A DNA stretch of 39,708 nucleotides from the IMG/VR virus record IMGVR_UViG_2909288124_000005, positions 1 through 39,708 of that record; one strand, given 5' to 3'. This DNA comes from a virus (taxonomy: Duplodnaviria > Heunggongvirae > Uroviricota > Caudoviricetes). The notes under the pieces were generated by a model, which saw only the letters and a list, made by a program, of their open reading frames with translations, ran no database searches and was not told the origin of the DNA. Numbering within the stretch: the stretch's first letter is position 1; each line of letters begins with the position of its first letter. Below, in pieces: positions 27,106 to 37,108 of this stretch. The translations under genes were made by a program, and so were the position numbers.

Positions 27106-27189
27106 ACCCCCTTGAACTTCGCCGGACGGCTATTTCCCACTTTGCTGATCTGGAGGCAGAGGCTGTCCGTATAAATGAGGAGATGAAGC

Positions 27190-29097
27190 ATGGCTGATAA
27201 TTTTCAGCTGAAAGCCATCATCACCGCTGTTGACAGGCTGTCCGGCCCGCTTAAAGGTATGCAGCGTCAGCTTAAGGGATTTCAGAAAGAAGTCTCCAGC
27301 CTTGCTCTGGGCGCTGCCGGGGCGGGTACTGCAATAATGGGGGCACTGGCACTCCCTGTAAAATCAGCCATCACCCTTGAATCGAAGATGGCTGATGTCC
27401 GCAAAGTGGTGGACGGTCTGGATACGCCGGATGCGTTTAAGGCCATGACGGAGCAGGTACGCGCTTTGTCTACTGAGCTTCCCATGTCTGCAGACGGGAT
27501 CGCGGAAATTGTGGCGGCTGGCGGTCAGGCCGGGATTGCACGTGATGAACTGATGCAGTTTGCCACTGATGCGGTGAAGATGGGCGTGGCCTTTGATACC
27601 ACGGCTGAAGAGTCCGGGCAGATGATGGCCCAGTGGCGTACTGCGTTTAATATGACGCAGGATGAAGTGGCCGGGCTGGCTGACAAAATCAACTACCTTG
27701 GTAATACCGGCCCGGCGAACGCGAAGAAAATCTCCGATATTGTTACGCGTATTGGTCCTTTAGGTGGTGTTGCAGGTGTGGCTTCCGGCGAAATCGCGGC
27801 AATGGGGGCAACCATTGCCGGGATGGGCGTGGAGTCAGAAATTGCCGCCACAGGGATCAAGAACTTCATGCTTTCCCTGACCGCGGGAAATTCTGCGACA
27901 AAATCGCAGAAACAGGCATTGCGTTTTCTGCGGATCAATCCGAAGAAATTAGCTGCTGATATGCAGAAAGATGCCCGGGGCACCATGCTGTCTGTACTGG
28001 ATGCGATGGCTAAAGTGCCTAAAGAAAAACAGGCAGCTGTGCTGAATGCCCTGTTCGGGAAAGAGTCTCTGGGCGCGATAGCACCTCTGCTGACTAACCT
28101 TGATTTGTTGCGTACCAACTTCAGGCGGGTTGCGGATTCCCAGCAGTATGGCAGTTCGATGCAGAAGGAATATGCTTCGAGGGCAGCGACGACGGAAAAC
28201 CAGCTTTTACTTCTGCAAAATCAACTTGATGCCATTTCTTCCACGCTGGGGGAAACGTTTCTTCCTGAGGTTAATGATGGTCTTGAAGCGGTAAAACCGC
28301 TCCTTGAGGAAGTGAGAACGTTTGTCCGTGAAAACCCGGAGCTCGTTAAGACCATTGCTAAAATCGGTCTGGCCTTACTGACGGTGGGAGCCGCTGCAGG
28401 CTCTTTGTCCAGAATTATGAAAGTTCTCGGCGGTGTGATGAATATGACGCCTGCTAAGGGGCTGATTGCTCTTCTGGTTGGTGGCGCTTACCTCATTATT
28501 GATAACTGGGAAACCGTAGGTCCTGTCATAAAAAAAGTCTGGCACGTGGTGGATGAAACGGCGCAGGTGATGGGGGGATGGGAAACTGTTCTGAAAGCGA
28601 TTGCCCTGTTTATGGCAACCAAATGGGTTGCTGACGTTACCAAATCCATTACCGCAGTGACCAGAGAGATGCGTACGCTGGGGAAGGTATCGGCAGAAAC
28701 GGGATTGATGGGGAAAGGCCGCGGCTTTATCGGGAAGGCCGGGGTATATGGTTTTTTGGGAACCCTGATGTATGAGCCGGTTAAAGATACTCTGGAAAGT
28801 GTTGTTCCTGAAGATACGGTTAACTGGCTGGATAATAAAGGGCTGTTTTTGGCTTCAGACTGGACGCCTTTTTTTGATCGTAAAGAGTACGAGCAGTATC
28901 AGGCCAGCCTGAGCCAGTACAAACCCAATGTTCCGCTGTTGAATCCATCTTCTTCCATGACACAGCACAGCGAGCTGAAAGTCACGTTCGAGAATGCTCC
29001 GCCAGGTATGAAGATAATTGATGTACCGGGCAAAGCCGATCCCCTGATGAAAATCACGCACGATGTGGGGTATTCCCCTTTTCGTTTTCCACGATAA
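27190..29097 (+). CDS. Tail tape measure protein
   Basis: 635 aa, Ala/Gly-rich helical with hydrophobic segments. Confidence 0.8.
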   Translation: MADNFQLKAIITAVDRLSGPLKGMQRQLKGFQKEVSSLALGAAGAGTAIMGALALPVKSAITLESKMADVRKVVDGLDTPDAFKAMTEQVRALSTELPMSADGIAEIVAAGGQAGIARDELMQFATDAVKMGVAFDTTAEESGQMMAQWRTAFNMTQDEVAGLADKINYLGNTGPANAKKISDIVTRIGPLGGVAGVASGEIAAMGATIAGMGVESEIAATGIKNFMLSLTAGNSATKSQKQALRFLRINPKKLAADMQKDARGTMLSVLDAMAKVPKEKQAAVLNALFGKESLGAIAPLLTNLDLLRTNFRRVADSQQYGSSMQKEYASRAATTENQLLLLQNQLDAISSTLGETFLPEVNDGLEAVKPLLEEVRTFVRENPELVKTIAKIGLALLTVGAAAGSLSRIMKVLGGVMNMTPAKGLIALLVGGAYLIIDNWETVGPVIKKVWHVVDETAQVMGGWETVLKAIALFMATKWVADVTKSITAVTREMRTLGKVSAETGLMGKGRGFIGKAGVYGFLGTLMYEPVKDTLESVVPEDTVNWLDNKGLFLASDWTPFFDRKEYEQYQASLSQYKPNVPLLNPSSSMTQHSELKVTFENAPPGMKIIDVPGKADPLMKITHDVGYSPFRFPR

Positions 29098-29121
29098 CGC
29101 AGTCCTTTTTGAGGTCAGTCT

Positions 29122-30498
29122 ATGGATTTATCCTCATTTCCCACCCGACCTTCATTACTTTCGTCGTCTTCAGGCTGGCGTGACAGACTCCAGGACGCGT
29201 CATTTCGCGGCGTGCCGTTTAAGGTTGAAGAAGAAAGTGCGGGAACCGGTCGCCGTGTGGAAACACATGAATACCCGAACCGCGACAAACCCTATACCGA
29301 AGACCTGGGGAAAATCACTTTTCGCCCGTCCATCACGGCTTATGTGGTGGGAGATGACTGCTTTGACCAGCGCGATCGCCTGATTGACGCGCTGAATAAA
29401 CCCGGTCCCGGCACGCTTGTCCATCCGACATACGGTGAGCTGAAAGTCTGTGTTGACGGAGAAGTTCGGGTCAGCACATCGAAGAGTGAAGGGCGTATTG
29501 TCCGCTTTGACCTGAAGTTTGTCGAAGCGGGAGAACTCTCTTACCCCACATCAGGTGCGGCGACGGCGCAGACGCTGATGTCATCCTGTTCTGCACTGGA
29601 TGACTGCATCAGTGACAGCTTCAGCGGTTTCAGTATCGATGGTGTGGCGGATTTCGTGCAGAACGACGTTATCGGTAATGCCAGCATAATGCTGGGGTAT
29701 GTTTCTGATGCGATGAAAGTGGTGGATTCTGCCGTATCGGATGCCGCCAGGCTGTTGCAGGGGGATATCTCGGTACTTCTGCCGCCGCCATCGTCAGGCA
29801 AAAATTTCGTTGAGCAGGTGCAGAAAATGTGGCGTACCGGGAAACGCCTTTATGGTAACGCCAGCGACCTGGTCACCATGATCAAAACGCTTTCCGGTGT
29901 CAGCCTCGGCAGCGATCTGCAACCGCGCGGCGTCTGGAAAACGGACAGTAAAACCACCGCCACGGCGACGCAGCAGCGTAACGTGGTTGCCAGCACCCTT
30001 CGTACGACCGCAATCAGCGAAGCGGCGTATGCCGTCACCCGATTGCCTGCGCTAACAACTTCCGCGGTGATGCAGAATGCCGCAGTGGGGCAGGCAACAA
30101 CACCTGCGCAGAGCACTTGCTGGCCTTCCGTCACGCATCCGGCACTGAACAATGCACCGGCGGTGAAAAACACGGTTGACCTGCCGACGTGGGAAGAACT
30201 GACTGACATTCGCGACACACTGAATACGGCAATTGATAAGGAGTTGTCCCGTACAACCAGCGATGCGCTGTTTCTGGCGCTGCGCCGGGTGAAAGCAGAT
30301 CTGAATGCGGATATCAACACGCGCCTTGAACAGTCTGCACGGATCATTCAGCGCACACCGGATGAGGTTTTACCCGCGCTGGTGCTGGCGGCGACCTGGT
30401 TTGATAACGCGGCGCGTGACGCGGACATTATCCGGCGTAATGCCATTACGCATCCCGGCTTTGTGCCGGTGATCCCTCTGAAGGTGCCAGTGCAATGA
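29122..30498 (+). CDS. DNA circulation protein (Mu N-like)
   Basis: Position after tape measure in a Mu-type baseplate module. Confidence 0.65.
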   Translation: MDLSSFPTRPSLLSSSSGWRDRLQDASFRGVPFKVEEESAGTGRRVETHEYPNRDKPYTEDLGKITFRPSITAYVVGDDCFDQRDRLIDALNKPGPGTLVHPTYGELKVCVDGEVRVSTSKSEGRIVRFDLKFVEAGELSYPTSGAATAQTLMSSCSALDDCISDSFSGFSIDGVADFVQNDVIGNASIMLGYVSDAMKVVDSAVSDAARLLQGDISVLLPPPSSGKNFVEQVQKMWRTGKRLYGNASDLVTMIKTLSGVSLGSDLQPRGVWKTDSKTTATATQQRNVVASTLRTTAISEAAYAVTRLPALTTSAVMQNAAVGQATTPAQSTCWPSVTHPALNNAPAVKNTVDLPTWEELTDIRDTLNTAIDKELSRTTSDALFLALRRVKADLNADINTRLEQSARIIQRTPDEVLPALVLAATWFDNAARDADIIRRNAITHPGFVPVIPLKVPVQ

Positions 30499-31574
30499 AC
30501 GACAATGTCACGCTACGGGTAAATGGCCGGGAGTGGAATGGCTGGACATCGGTGCGCATCGGTGCCGGTATTGAACGGCTGGCGCGGGATTTCAGTGTGG
30601 AGATCACCCGCCAGTGGCCGGGAGATGAGGGTATTACCACGCTTCAGCCGCGCATTAAAAACGGTTCAAAAGTGGAGGTGCTGATTGGTGATGAGCTGGT
30701 GATCACCGGCTGGGTGGAGGCGACGCCCGTTCGTTACGATGCCCGTTCGGTCAGCACCGGTATTGCCGGACGCAGTCTGACCGCTGACCTGATTGACTGT
30801 GCAGCCGAACCGACACAGTTTAACGGACGATCGCTGGTACAGATTGCGCAGGCGCTTGCTGCGCCTTTCGGCATTGAGGTGGTGAACAGCGGTGCGCCGT
30901 CGGGTGTTATTCCTGATGTCCAGCCTGATCACGGTGAAACGGTGATTGAGGTGATCAACAAAATACTCGGTCAGCAGCAGGCGCTGGCTTACGACGACCC
31001 GCACGGCAGGCTGGTGATTGGTGGTATTGGCTCAACGCGGGCACATACCGCGCTGGTACTTGGGGAAAACATCCTTTCCTGCGATACGGAGAAGAGTATC
31101 CGGGAGCGGTTTTCTGTTTACCAGGTGGCGGGGCAGCGTGCCGGAAACGACGATGATTTCGGTGAGGCCACCACCACCGCGCTGCGGGCCCGCACAGAGG
31201 ACGCATTTATTGCCCGTTACCGTCCGATGTATATCAGGCAGACAGGGCAGGCCACGGGGGCAGGTTGTATTGCGCGTGCTGACTTTGAAGCCCGACAACG
31301 GGCGGCGCGGACGGATGAAACCACCTATGTGGTGCAGGGCTGGCGACAGGGTAACGGTACGCTGTGGCAGCCCAACCAGCGGGTGATTGTCTTCGATCCG
31401 GTCTGTGGTTTCGACAATACCGAACTGCTTGTCTCGGAAGTCACGTTTACTCAGGACCAGAACGGCACCCTGACGGAAATCCGTGTCGGCCCGCCTGATG
31501 CTTATCTGCCTGAACCCGAAGCCCCCGGCGCGCGGAAAAAGAAAAAAGCCAGAGTACAGGAGGACCCGTTCTGA
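30495..31574 (+). CDS. Baseplate hub protein (Mu P-like)
   Basis: Gene order and size in Mu-type baseplate cluster. Confidence 0.7.
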   Translation: MNDNVTLRVNGREWNGWTSVRIGAGIERLARDFSVEITRQWPGDEGITTLQPRIKNGSKVEVLIGDELVITGWVEATPVRYDARSVSTGIAGRSLTADLIDCAAEPTQFNGRSLVQIAQALAAPFGIEVVNSGAPSGVIPDVQPDHGETVIEVINKILGQQQALAYDDPHGRLVIGGIGSTRAHTALVLGENILSCDTEKSIRERFSVYQVAGQRAGNDDDFGEATTTALRARTEDAFIARYRPMYIRQTGQATGAGCIARADFEARQRAARTDETTYVVQGWRQGNGTLWQPNQRVIVFDPVCGFDNTELLVSEVTFTQDQNGTLTEIRVGPPDAYLPEPEAPGARKKKKARVQEDPF

Positions 31575-32122
31575 TGAGGACGATTGAAGCCATGCAGCGA
31601 CAACTTCTCGGCCTGATTGGGCGGGCAGTGGTGAAAAGCATCAGTGCCGCCACGAAATGTCAGACCGTGGATGTGTCCCTGATTGCCGGTGAACCCAAAG
31701 CCGGGGTTGAACATCTTGAACCCTACGGTTTTACCGCAAGGGCAAACAGCGGTGCGGAAGCGGTGGTGTTGTTTCCGGATGGCGACCGTTCTCATGCGGT
31801 GGTTGTTACGGTGTCGGACCGGCGCTACCGCCTGAAAGGGCTGCAGACGGGTGAGGTGGCTGTCTATGACGATCAGGGGCAGTCCGTGACGCTGACCCGG
31901 GAGGGGATCGTGGTGGACGGTGCAGGTAAAACGATCACGTTTCGCAATGCGCCTAAGGCTCGTTTTGAAATGGACCTGGAAGTGACCGGACAGGTGAAAG
32001 ACCTGTGCGACTCCGGCGGCACCACCATGTCAGCGATGCGGCTTGCCTATAACGGGCATCGTCACAGAGAGAACGGTCAGGGCAGTAACACCGACAAACC
32101 TGATAAAGCGATGGAGGCATGA
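31574..32122 (+). CDS. Baseplate assembly protein V / spike (Mu gp45-like)
   Basis: Gene order and size. Confidence 0.65.
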   Translation: MRTIEAMQRQLLGLIGRAVVKSISAATKCQTVDVSLIAGEPKAGVEHLEPYGFTARANSGAEAVVLFPDGDRSHAVVVTVSDRRYRLKGLQTGEVAVYDDQGQSVTLTREGIVVDGAGKTITFRNAPKARFEMDLEVTGQVKDLCDSGGTTMSAMRLAYNGHRHRENGQGSNTDKPDKAMEA

Positions 32123-32547
32123 TGGAACTGTGGCTGACGGTGAACGGTAAACGCACCTGCGCCAGCGCACCGCTGGATCCGCTGACCCGCGCCGTGGTGA
32201 TTTCCCTGTTTACCTGGCGGCGGGCGGAACCTGATGACAATGCCGACGTCCCGATGGGATGGTGGGGGGATACCTGGCCTGCGGTACAGAACGACCGTTA
32301 CGGCTCCCGGCTGTGGCTGCTTCAGCGCAGCAAACTGACCAATCAGCTGGTGCAGACGGTAAGGGGATATATCCGCGAATGCCTGCAATGGATGATTGAT
32401 GACGGCGTGGTGTCCCGTATTGATCTGGATATCCGCCGCACCGGGATTAATGAACTGGGTAACAGTATCACTCTCTGGCGTCGTGACGGACCGGTAATGA
32501 TTTCTTTTGATGATCTGTGGAGTGCGATAACGCATGGCGGACAGTGA
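32119..32547 (+). CDS. Baseplate protein (Mu gp46-like)
   Basis: Gene order and size. Confidence 0.55.
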   Translation: MMELWLTVNGKRTCASAPLDPLTRAVVISLFTWRRAEPDDNADVPMGWWGDTWPAVQNDRYGSRLWLLQRSKLTNQLVQTVRGYIRECLQWMIDDGVVSRIDLDIRRTGINELGNSITLWRRDGPVMISFDDLWSAITHGGQ

Positions 32548-33592
32548 ATTTCAGCGCCCGACGCTGGCAGAAAATATCAGTATGCTCCGTAACGATTTAT
32601 TCGCCAGGCTGGACGTCAGCGACACGCTCCGGCGCATGGATGAAGACGTGCGGGCAAAGGTGTATGCGGCAGCGCTGCATACGGTTTACGGGTACATCGA
32701 TTATCTGGCAATGAATATGCTGCCTGACCTGTGCGATGAGTCCTGGCTGGCGCGACATGCTGCGATGAAACGGTGTCCGCGCAAGGGGGCCACGGCTGCC
32801 AGCGGGTATATGCGCTGGGAAGGTGTCAGCGATGGCCTGAAGGTGACTGCCGGGAGCGTGATTCAGCGCGATGACCTGGTTCAGTATACGGCAACTGCCG
32901 ATGCAACCAGCTCCGGTGGTGTCCTGCGCGTGCCGATCGCATGCTCAAATGCAGGCGCGGTCGGTAACGCTGACGACGGTACGGCATTAATCCTGGTCAC
33001 GCCGGTGAATGGTCTGCCGTCTTCCGGTGTGGCTGACACCCTGACAGGCGGATTTGATACTGAAGAGCTGGAAACGTGGCGCGCCCGCGTCATTGAGCGG
33101 TATTACTGGACGCCGCAGGGCGGGGCTGACGGGGACTATGTCGTCTGGGCTAAAGAAGTGCCCGGCATTACCCGCGCATGGACATACCGTCACTGGATGG
33201 GAACGGGAACTGTCGGTGTGATGATTGCCAGCAGTGACCTGATTAATCCCATTCCGGAAGAATCAACGGAAACGGCGGCAAGACAACATATCGGGCCACT
33301 GGCCCCGGTGGCAGGCTCTGATTTGTATGTGTTCAGGCCGGTGGCACATACGGTGGATTTTCATATCCGCGTGACGCCGGACACACCGGAAATACGGGCT
33401 GCCATCACCGCGGAGTTGCGTTCGTTCCTGCTGCGTGATGGTTATCCGCAGGGAGAACTGAAGGTATCGCGTATCAGTGAGGCGATTTCCGGTGCGAACG
33501 GGGAATACAGCCATCAGTTGCTTGCACCGGCAGACAATATCTCCATTGCAAAAAATGAACTGGCGGTTCTGGGGACGATTTCATGGACGTGA
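32534..33592 (+). CDS. Baseplate J-like protein (Mu gp47-like)
   Basis: 352 aa following gp46-like gene. Confidence 0.75.
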   Translation: MADSEFQRPTLAENISMLRNDLFARLDVSDTLRRMDEDVRAKVYAAALHTVYGYIDYLAMNMLPDLCDESWLARHAAMKRCPRKGATAASGYMRWEGVSDGLKVTAGSVIQRDDLVQYTATADATSSGGVLRVPIACSNAGAVGNADDGTALILVTPVNGLPSSGVADTLTGGFDTEELETWRARVIERYYWTPQGGADGDYVVWAKEVPGITRAWTYRHWMGTGTVGVMIASSDLINPIPEESTETAARQHIGPLAPVAGSDLYVFRPVAHTVDFHIRVTPDTPEIRAAITAELRSFLLRDGYPQGELKVSRISEAISGANGEYSHQLLAPADNISIAKNELAVLGTISWT

Positions 33593-34167
33593 CAAACGAT
33601 GATTACATCCGTCTGTTGTCGGCACTGTTGCCCCCCGGTCCGGCGTGGTCAGCCAGCGATCCGGCGATTGCCGGTGCGGCACCGTCATTAACCCGCGTTC
33701 ATCAGCGTGCGGATGCCCTGATGCGGGAGCTGGATCCGCGCACCACCACTGAACTGATAAACCGCTGGGAGCGTCTGTGCGGTCTGCCGGATGAATGTAT
33801 TCCCGCAGGGACACAGACCCTTCGCCAGCGTCAGCAACGGCTGGATGCGAAGGTTAATCTGGCGGGCGGCATCAATGAGGATTTTTACCTTGCACAGCTT
33901 GCTGCCCTGGGCAGACCAGACGCCACTATCACGCGATACGATAAAAGTACGTTCACCTGCTCATCGGCCTGTACTGACGCGGTGAATGCGCCGGAATGGC
34001 GGTATTACTGGCAGGTCAACATGCCAGCCGCCACCAACACCACCTGGATGACATGTGGCGATCCCTGTGATTCCGCACTGCGTATCTGGGGCGACACCGT
34101 TGTCGAGTGCGTGCTTAACAAACTCTGCCCTTCGCATACCTACGTAATTTTTAAATATCCGGAGTAA
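33583..34167 (+). CDS. Baseplate/tail protein (Mu gp48-like)
   Basis: Gene order; precedes tail fibre. Confidence 0.55.
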   Translation: MDVTNDDYIRLLSALLPPGPAWSASDPAIAGAAPSLTRVHQRADALMRELDPRTTTELINRWERLCGLPDECIPAGTQTLRQRQQRLDAKVNLAGGINEDFYLAQLAALGRPDATITRYDKSTFTCSSACTDAVNAPEWRYYWQVNMPAATNTTWMTCGDPCDSALRIWGDTVVECVLNKLCPSHTYVIFKYPE

Positions 34168-34170
34168 TCC

Positions 34171-34818
34171 ATGCATCGTATAGACACGAAAACCGCGCAG
34201 AAGGATAAGTTCGGCGCGGGTAAGAACGGTTTTACCCGTGGTAACCCCCAGACCGGCACACCTGCCACCGATCTGGATGATGACTACTTTGACATGTTGC
34301 AGGAAGAACTTTGTAGCGTGGTGGAGGCCTCCGGTGCCAGCCTGGAGAAAGGGCGGCATGACCAGCTGCTTACCGCACTTCGTGCGCTGCTGTTAAGCCG
34401 CAAGAATCCGTTTGGCGATATCAAATCGGATGGCACTGTGCAAACGGCTCTCGAAAACCTTGGTTTGGGAGAAGCGGCGAAAAGGGATGTGGGCACAGGA
34501 GATAATCAGATACCGGATATGGGAGCATTCGCTTCTGGTTCGGGATGGTTCAGGCTACCAGGTGGATATATTGTTCAGTTTGGCACTTTTTCAGGAAACA
34601 CGACCCGCTTTATCAGTGGACACTTCCCTATACCATTCCCTAATCAGCCGATGGTTTCAGTCAGTGTTATGTCTGATGCCGTTCAGTCAGATCCGTCGAA
34701 TCCTGCCCCGCAGGTTTTGTCTGTAAATTTTGAACATATCAGTAATTCAGCGTGGCGTGTGGCAACCAGTGATATCTCACAGCAATACAGATTCAGTTAT
34801 ATTTCGATAGGACGGTAG
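34171..34818 (+). CDS. Tail fibre protein; C-terminal part lies inside invertible segment
   Basis: Crossover repeat at 34461-34479 encodes LGLGEAA within the ORF. Confidence 0.7.
   Translation: MHRIDTKTAQKDKFGAGKNGFTRGNPQTGTPATDLDDDYFDMLQEELCSVVEASGASLEKGRHDQLLTALRALLLSRKNPFGDIKSDGTVQTALENLGLGEAAKRDVGTGDNQIPDMGAFASGSGWFRLPGGYIVQFGTFSGNTTRFISGHFPIPFPNQPMVSVSVMSDAVQSDPSNPAPQVLSVNFEHISNSAWRVATSDISQQYRFSYISIGR
34461..34479. repeat. Left inversion crossover site
   Basis: TTGGTTTGGGAGAAGCGGC; exact reverse complement at 36009-36027; adjacent AAACCTTGGTTT palindromic core. Confidence 0.8.
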
Positions 34819-34820
34819 AA

Positions 34821-35261
34821 ATGCAGAAATATATTTTCAGTGCCGATAAAAATGCGTTTTTCCCTGTGGAGCTTAAAATCGCTTATCAGGAGTCCGGCGA
34901 ATGGCCCGATGATGGAATCGAAATTGACGACACTATTGCCGCCGAATTTATGAAGGAAGCACCAGAAGGAAAATACAGAGGTGTCATCGACGGAATGCCA
35001 GCATGGATTGATATTCCACCGCCAACTCATGAGGAACAAATTGCCGCAGCCGAACTGGAAAAGCAGCAATTGATTAATCAGATCAACGAACACATGAACA
35101 GCAGGCAATTGCCTGGTAAAGCGGCTATTGGTCGTCTGAAAGGTGAGGAACTGGCGCAATATAATTTATGGCTTGATTATCTGGACGCACTGGAACTGGT
35201 TGATACTTCCGGTGCGCCAGATATTGAATGGCCTACGCCTCCGGCAGTTCAGGCCAGATGA
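34821..35261 (+). CDS. Tail fibre assembly protein
   Basis: PPPTHEEQIAAAE...W..YLDAL...DTSGAP motifs. Confidence 0.75.
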   Translation: MQKYIFSADKNAFFPVELKIAYQESGEWPDDGIEIDDTIAAEFMKEAPEGKYRGVIDGMPAWIDIPPPTHEEQIAAAELEKQQLINQINEHMNSRQLPGKAAIGRLKGEELAQYNLWLDYLDALELVDTSGAPDIEWPTPPAVQAR

Positions 35262-35649
35262 CATCAGGGGCCGTTGACGTATCGACGGCTTTCACCGCTT
35301 TTTTATGCGCCATCCACTCAGACAATTTCGCTTTATCCTCGTCACTTATATCGCCGAGCATTAATTCAACCCGCCAGTCGGCGGTTACTTCGTCAATCTG
35401 CTGTAGCCGTTGCTGGCGATATTGTTCTGCCGCCGCTATTTGCTCTTCATGCGTTGGAGGCGGCGCATCGACCCATGCGGGCAGTCCAGTGCTATCTGCA
35501 CCAAGCATTTTACCTTCAGGCCAGGCAATACCAGCAAATTGGTTGTAGAGGTTAACACTGATTTCAATAGCTGATTCAGGAATAAACCTGCTTTCAGGTT
35601 CAATATAAAATCCGTTATCAACGGCGTCGTAAAAGTATCTTGTTTTCAT
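35233..35649 (-). CDS. Alternative tail fibre assembly protein
   Basis: Same motifs, opposite strand inside invertible segment. Confidence 0.7.
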   Translation of the reverse strand: MKTRYFYDAVDNGFYIEPESRFIPESAIEISVNLYNQFAGIAWPEGKMLGADSTGLPAWVDAPPPTHEEQIAAAEQYRQQRLQQIDEVTADWRVELMLGDISDEDKAKLSEWMAHKKAVKAVDTSTAPDVIWPELPEA

Positions 35650-35650
35650 G

Positions 35651-36022
35651 TTAATAACCTATTGCGAATAAACAACCGGCAGCTGAAGCACCCGCCCATG
35701 AAGTCCCATTAGTTGTTCTTAAAACTCGAACTTTGACTGTCGTTCTGGTAGAGCCACCAATATCGAAGCCCCACGTTGTGCCGGCCGATCCATTCCACGA
35801 GCTAGCAGAAGCACCTGAGTCAATCGCAGTGGCATGAAACAGAGCGTTAGGAAATGCCATAGGTAATGTCACGGTTGCTACTCCAGTCGAATCGGAAAGA
35901 AATCCAGAGACCCACTGGAAAATGATATTTTGTTCAACCCCACCAATTAAAGCCGGGATCAATATTCTCCCGGTATTACCCGTTACCCCTACAGCAGCGC
36001 CAAGTTTTGCCGCTTCTCCCAA
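35651..36022 (-). CDS. Alternative tail-fibre C-terminal segment (promoterless until inversion)
   Basis: Begins in-frame with the right crossover repeat encoding GLGEAAK, same as the fibre gene at the left site. Confidence 0.65.
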   Translation of the reverse strand: MGEAAKLGAAVGVTGNTGRILIPALIGGVEQNIIFQWVSGFLSDSTGVATVTLPMAFPNALFHATAIDSGASASSWNGSAGTTWGFDIGGSTRTTVKVRVLRTTNGTSWAGASAAGCLFAIGY

Positions 36023-36027
36023 ACCAA
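36009..36027. repeat. Right inversion crossover site
   Basis: GCCGCTTCTCCCAAACCAA, reverse complement of 34461-34479. Confidence 0.8.
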
Positions 36028-36098
36028 CCTTTCAAATATTTTTCTGAATCAGGTGATATTTCGCCTCTTCTCCTGTTTTTACAACAGGAGAAGCACTC

Positions 36099-36662
36099 AT
36101 GATTTACGGGTATGTTCGTGTATCAACAAATCATCAGGATACAGAGTTGCAACGTCTTGCACTTGAGTCAGCTGGCTGTGAGCGAATTTATGAAGAATAT
36201 GCCAGTGGCAGAACAGCTAATCGCCCTGTGTTAAAGGAATTAATTACGGTGATGAAAAGTGGAGATGAGTTGATTGTCTGGAAGTTAGATCGGATAGGGA
36301 GAAATGTGCTGCATGCGCTATTGATGTTTCAAAATCTGCACGAAAAAGGTGTTAATTTTCGGAGTATTACAGATGGCGTAGACCTGAAAACAGCAAGTGG
36401 TCGCTATAATTTCCGTAATATTCTTTCTGCTGCGCAGTATGAATCTGATTTGAATAGCGAGCGAACTTTAGCTGGTTTGGCTATTGCCAGATCCAAAGGC
36501 CGGATTGGTGGGCGTAGACCGAAGTTTAGCGACGAGCAGTGGAGACAGATGGGAGCGCTCATAGCGGCAGGGAAATCACGGCGTTATGTTGCACGTATCT
36601 ATAACGTTGGGCTATCAACCCTATATAAACGATTTCCTGTTACTGGCATTCAAACGAAATAA
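36099..36662 (+). CDS. Serine DNA invertase (Hin/Gin/Pin/Cin family)
   Basis: N-terminal YGYVRVSTNHQD with catalytic Ser context, C-terminal HTH; adjacent to invertible segment. Confidence 0.9.
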   Translation: MIYGYVRVSTNHQDTELQRLALESAGCERIYEEYASGRTANRPVLKELITVMKSGDELIVWKLDRIGRNVLHALLMFQNLHEKGVNFRSITDGVDLKTASGRYNFRNILSAAQYESDLNSERTLAGLAIARSKGRIGGRRPKFSDEQWRQMGALIAAGKSRRYVARIYNVGLSTLYKRFPVTGIQTK

Positions 36663-36798
36663 TTTATTTAAAGAGTTATTTGTCTAATGTTGGAAGCCGC
36701 AGCCACGTCGTATGCAAGAACGTGCTGCGGCTGGCTGGAGAACTTTCGATAGTGCGAGTATTGAATGATTTCCAGCCGTTACCGATTTTACGTGTTAA

Positions 36799-37047
36799 TT
36801 AGTGAACAAACCACTCGTCAGCAGATTCCCAGGTATCTTTCAGAGTCTCCTGAACAAAAGTTTTTGCAGAATCCTTATCTGCGGTGCGTGTAACAGAAAG
36901 GCCATCGTTGCTGGTGGCTTTTACGATCACCTCTACATCGTCATAACGTTTACTGATGCGTCGGGTTAATTCTTCCTTTAACGCATCCACAGCACCGGTT
37001 GGCATTTTAGTCATTTTTTCTTTGGCTATGCAGATTTCAATACGCAT
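36799..37047 (-). CDS. DinI-like protein
   Basis: MRIEICIAK...[11 protein letters not shown] parallels DinI as I recall it. Confidence 0.7.
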   Translation of the reverse strand: MRIEICIAKEKMTKMPTGAVDALKEELTRRISKRYDDVEVIVKATSNDGLSVTRTADKDSAKTFVQETLKDTWESADEWFVH

Positions 37048-37108
37048 AAAAGTCCCTCTATACTGTGTTTGTATACAGTACTATTTTTAACTGTATAGAT
37101 AAACAGTG

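Larger units (their letters stand above)
34461..36027. mobile_element. Invertible tail-fibre host-range segment (Gin/Pin/Cin-type)
   Basis: 19-bp perfect inverted repeats bound two convergent fibre-tip plus assembly-chaperone gene sets; serine invertase adjacent. Confidence 0.8.
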
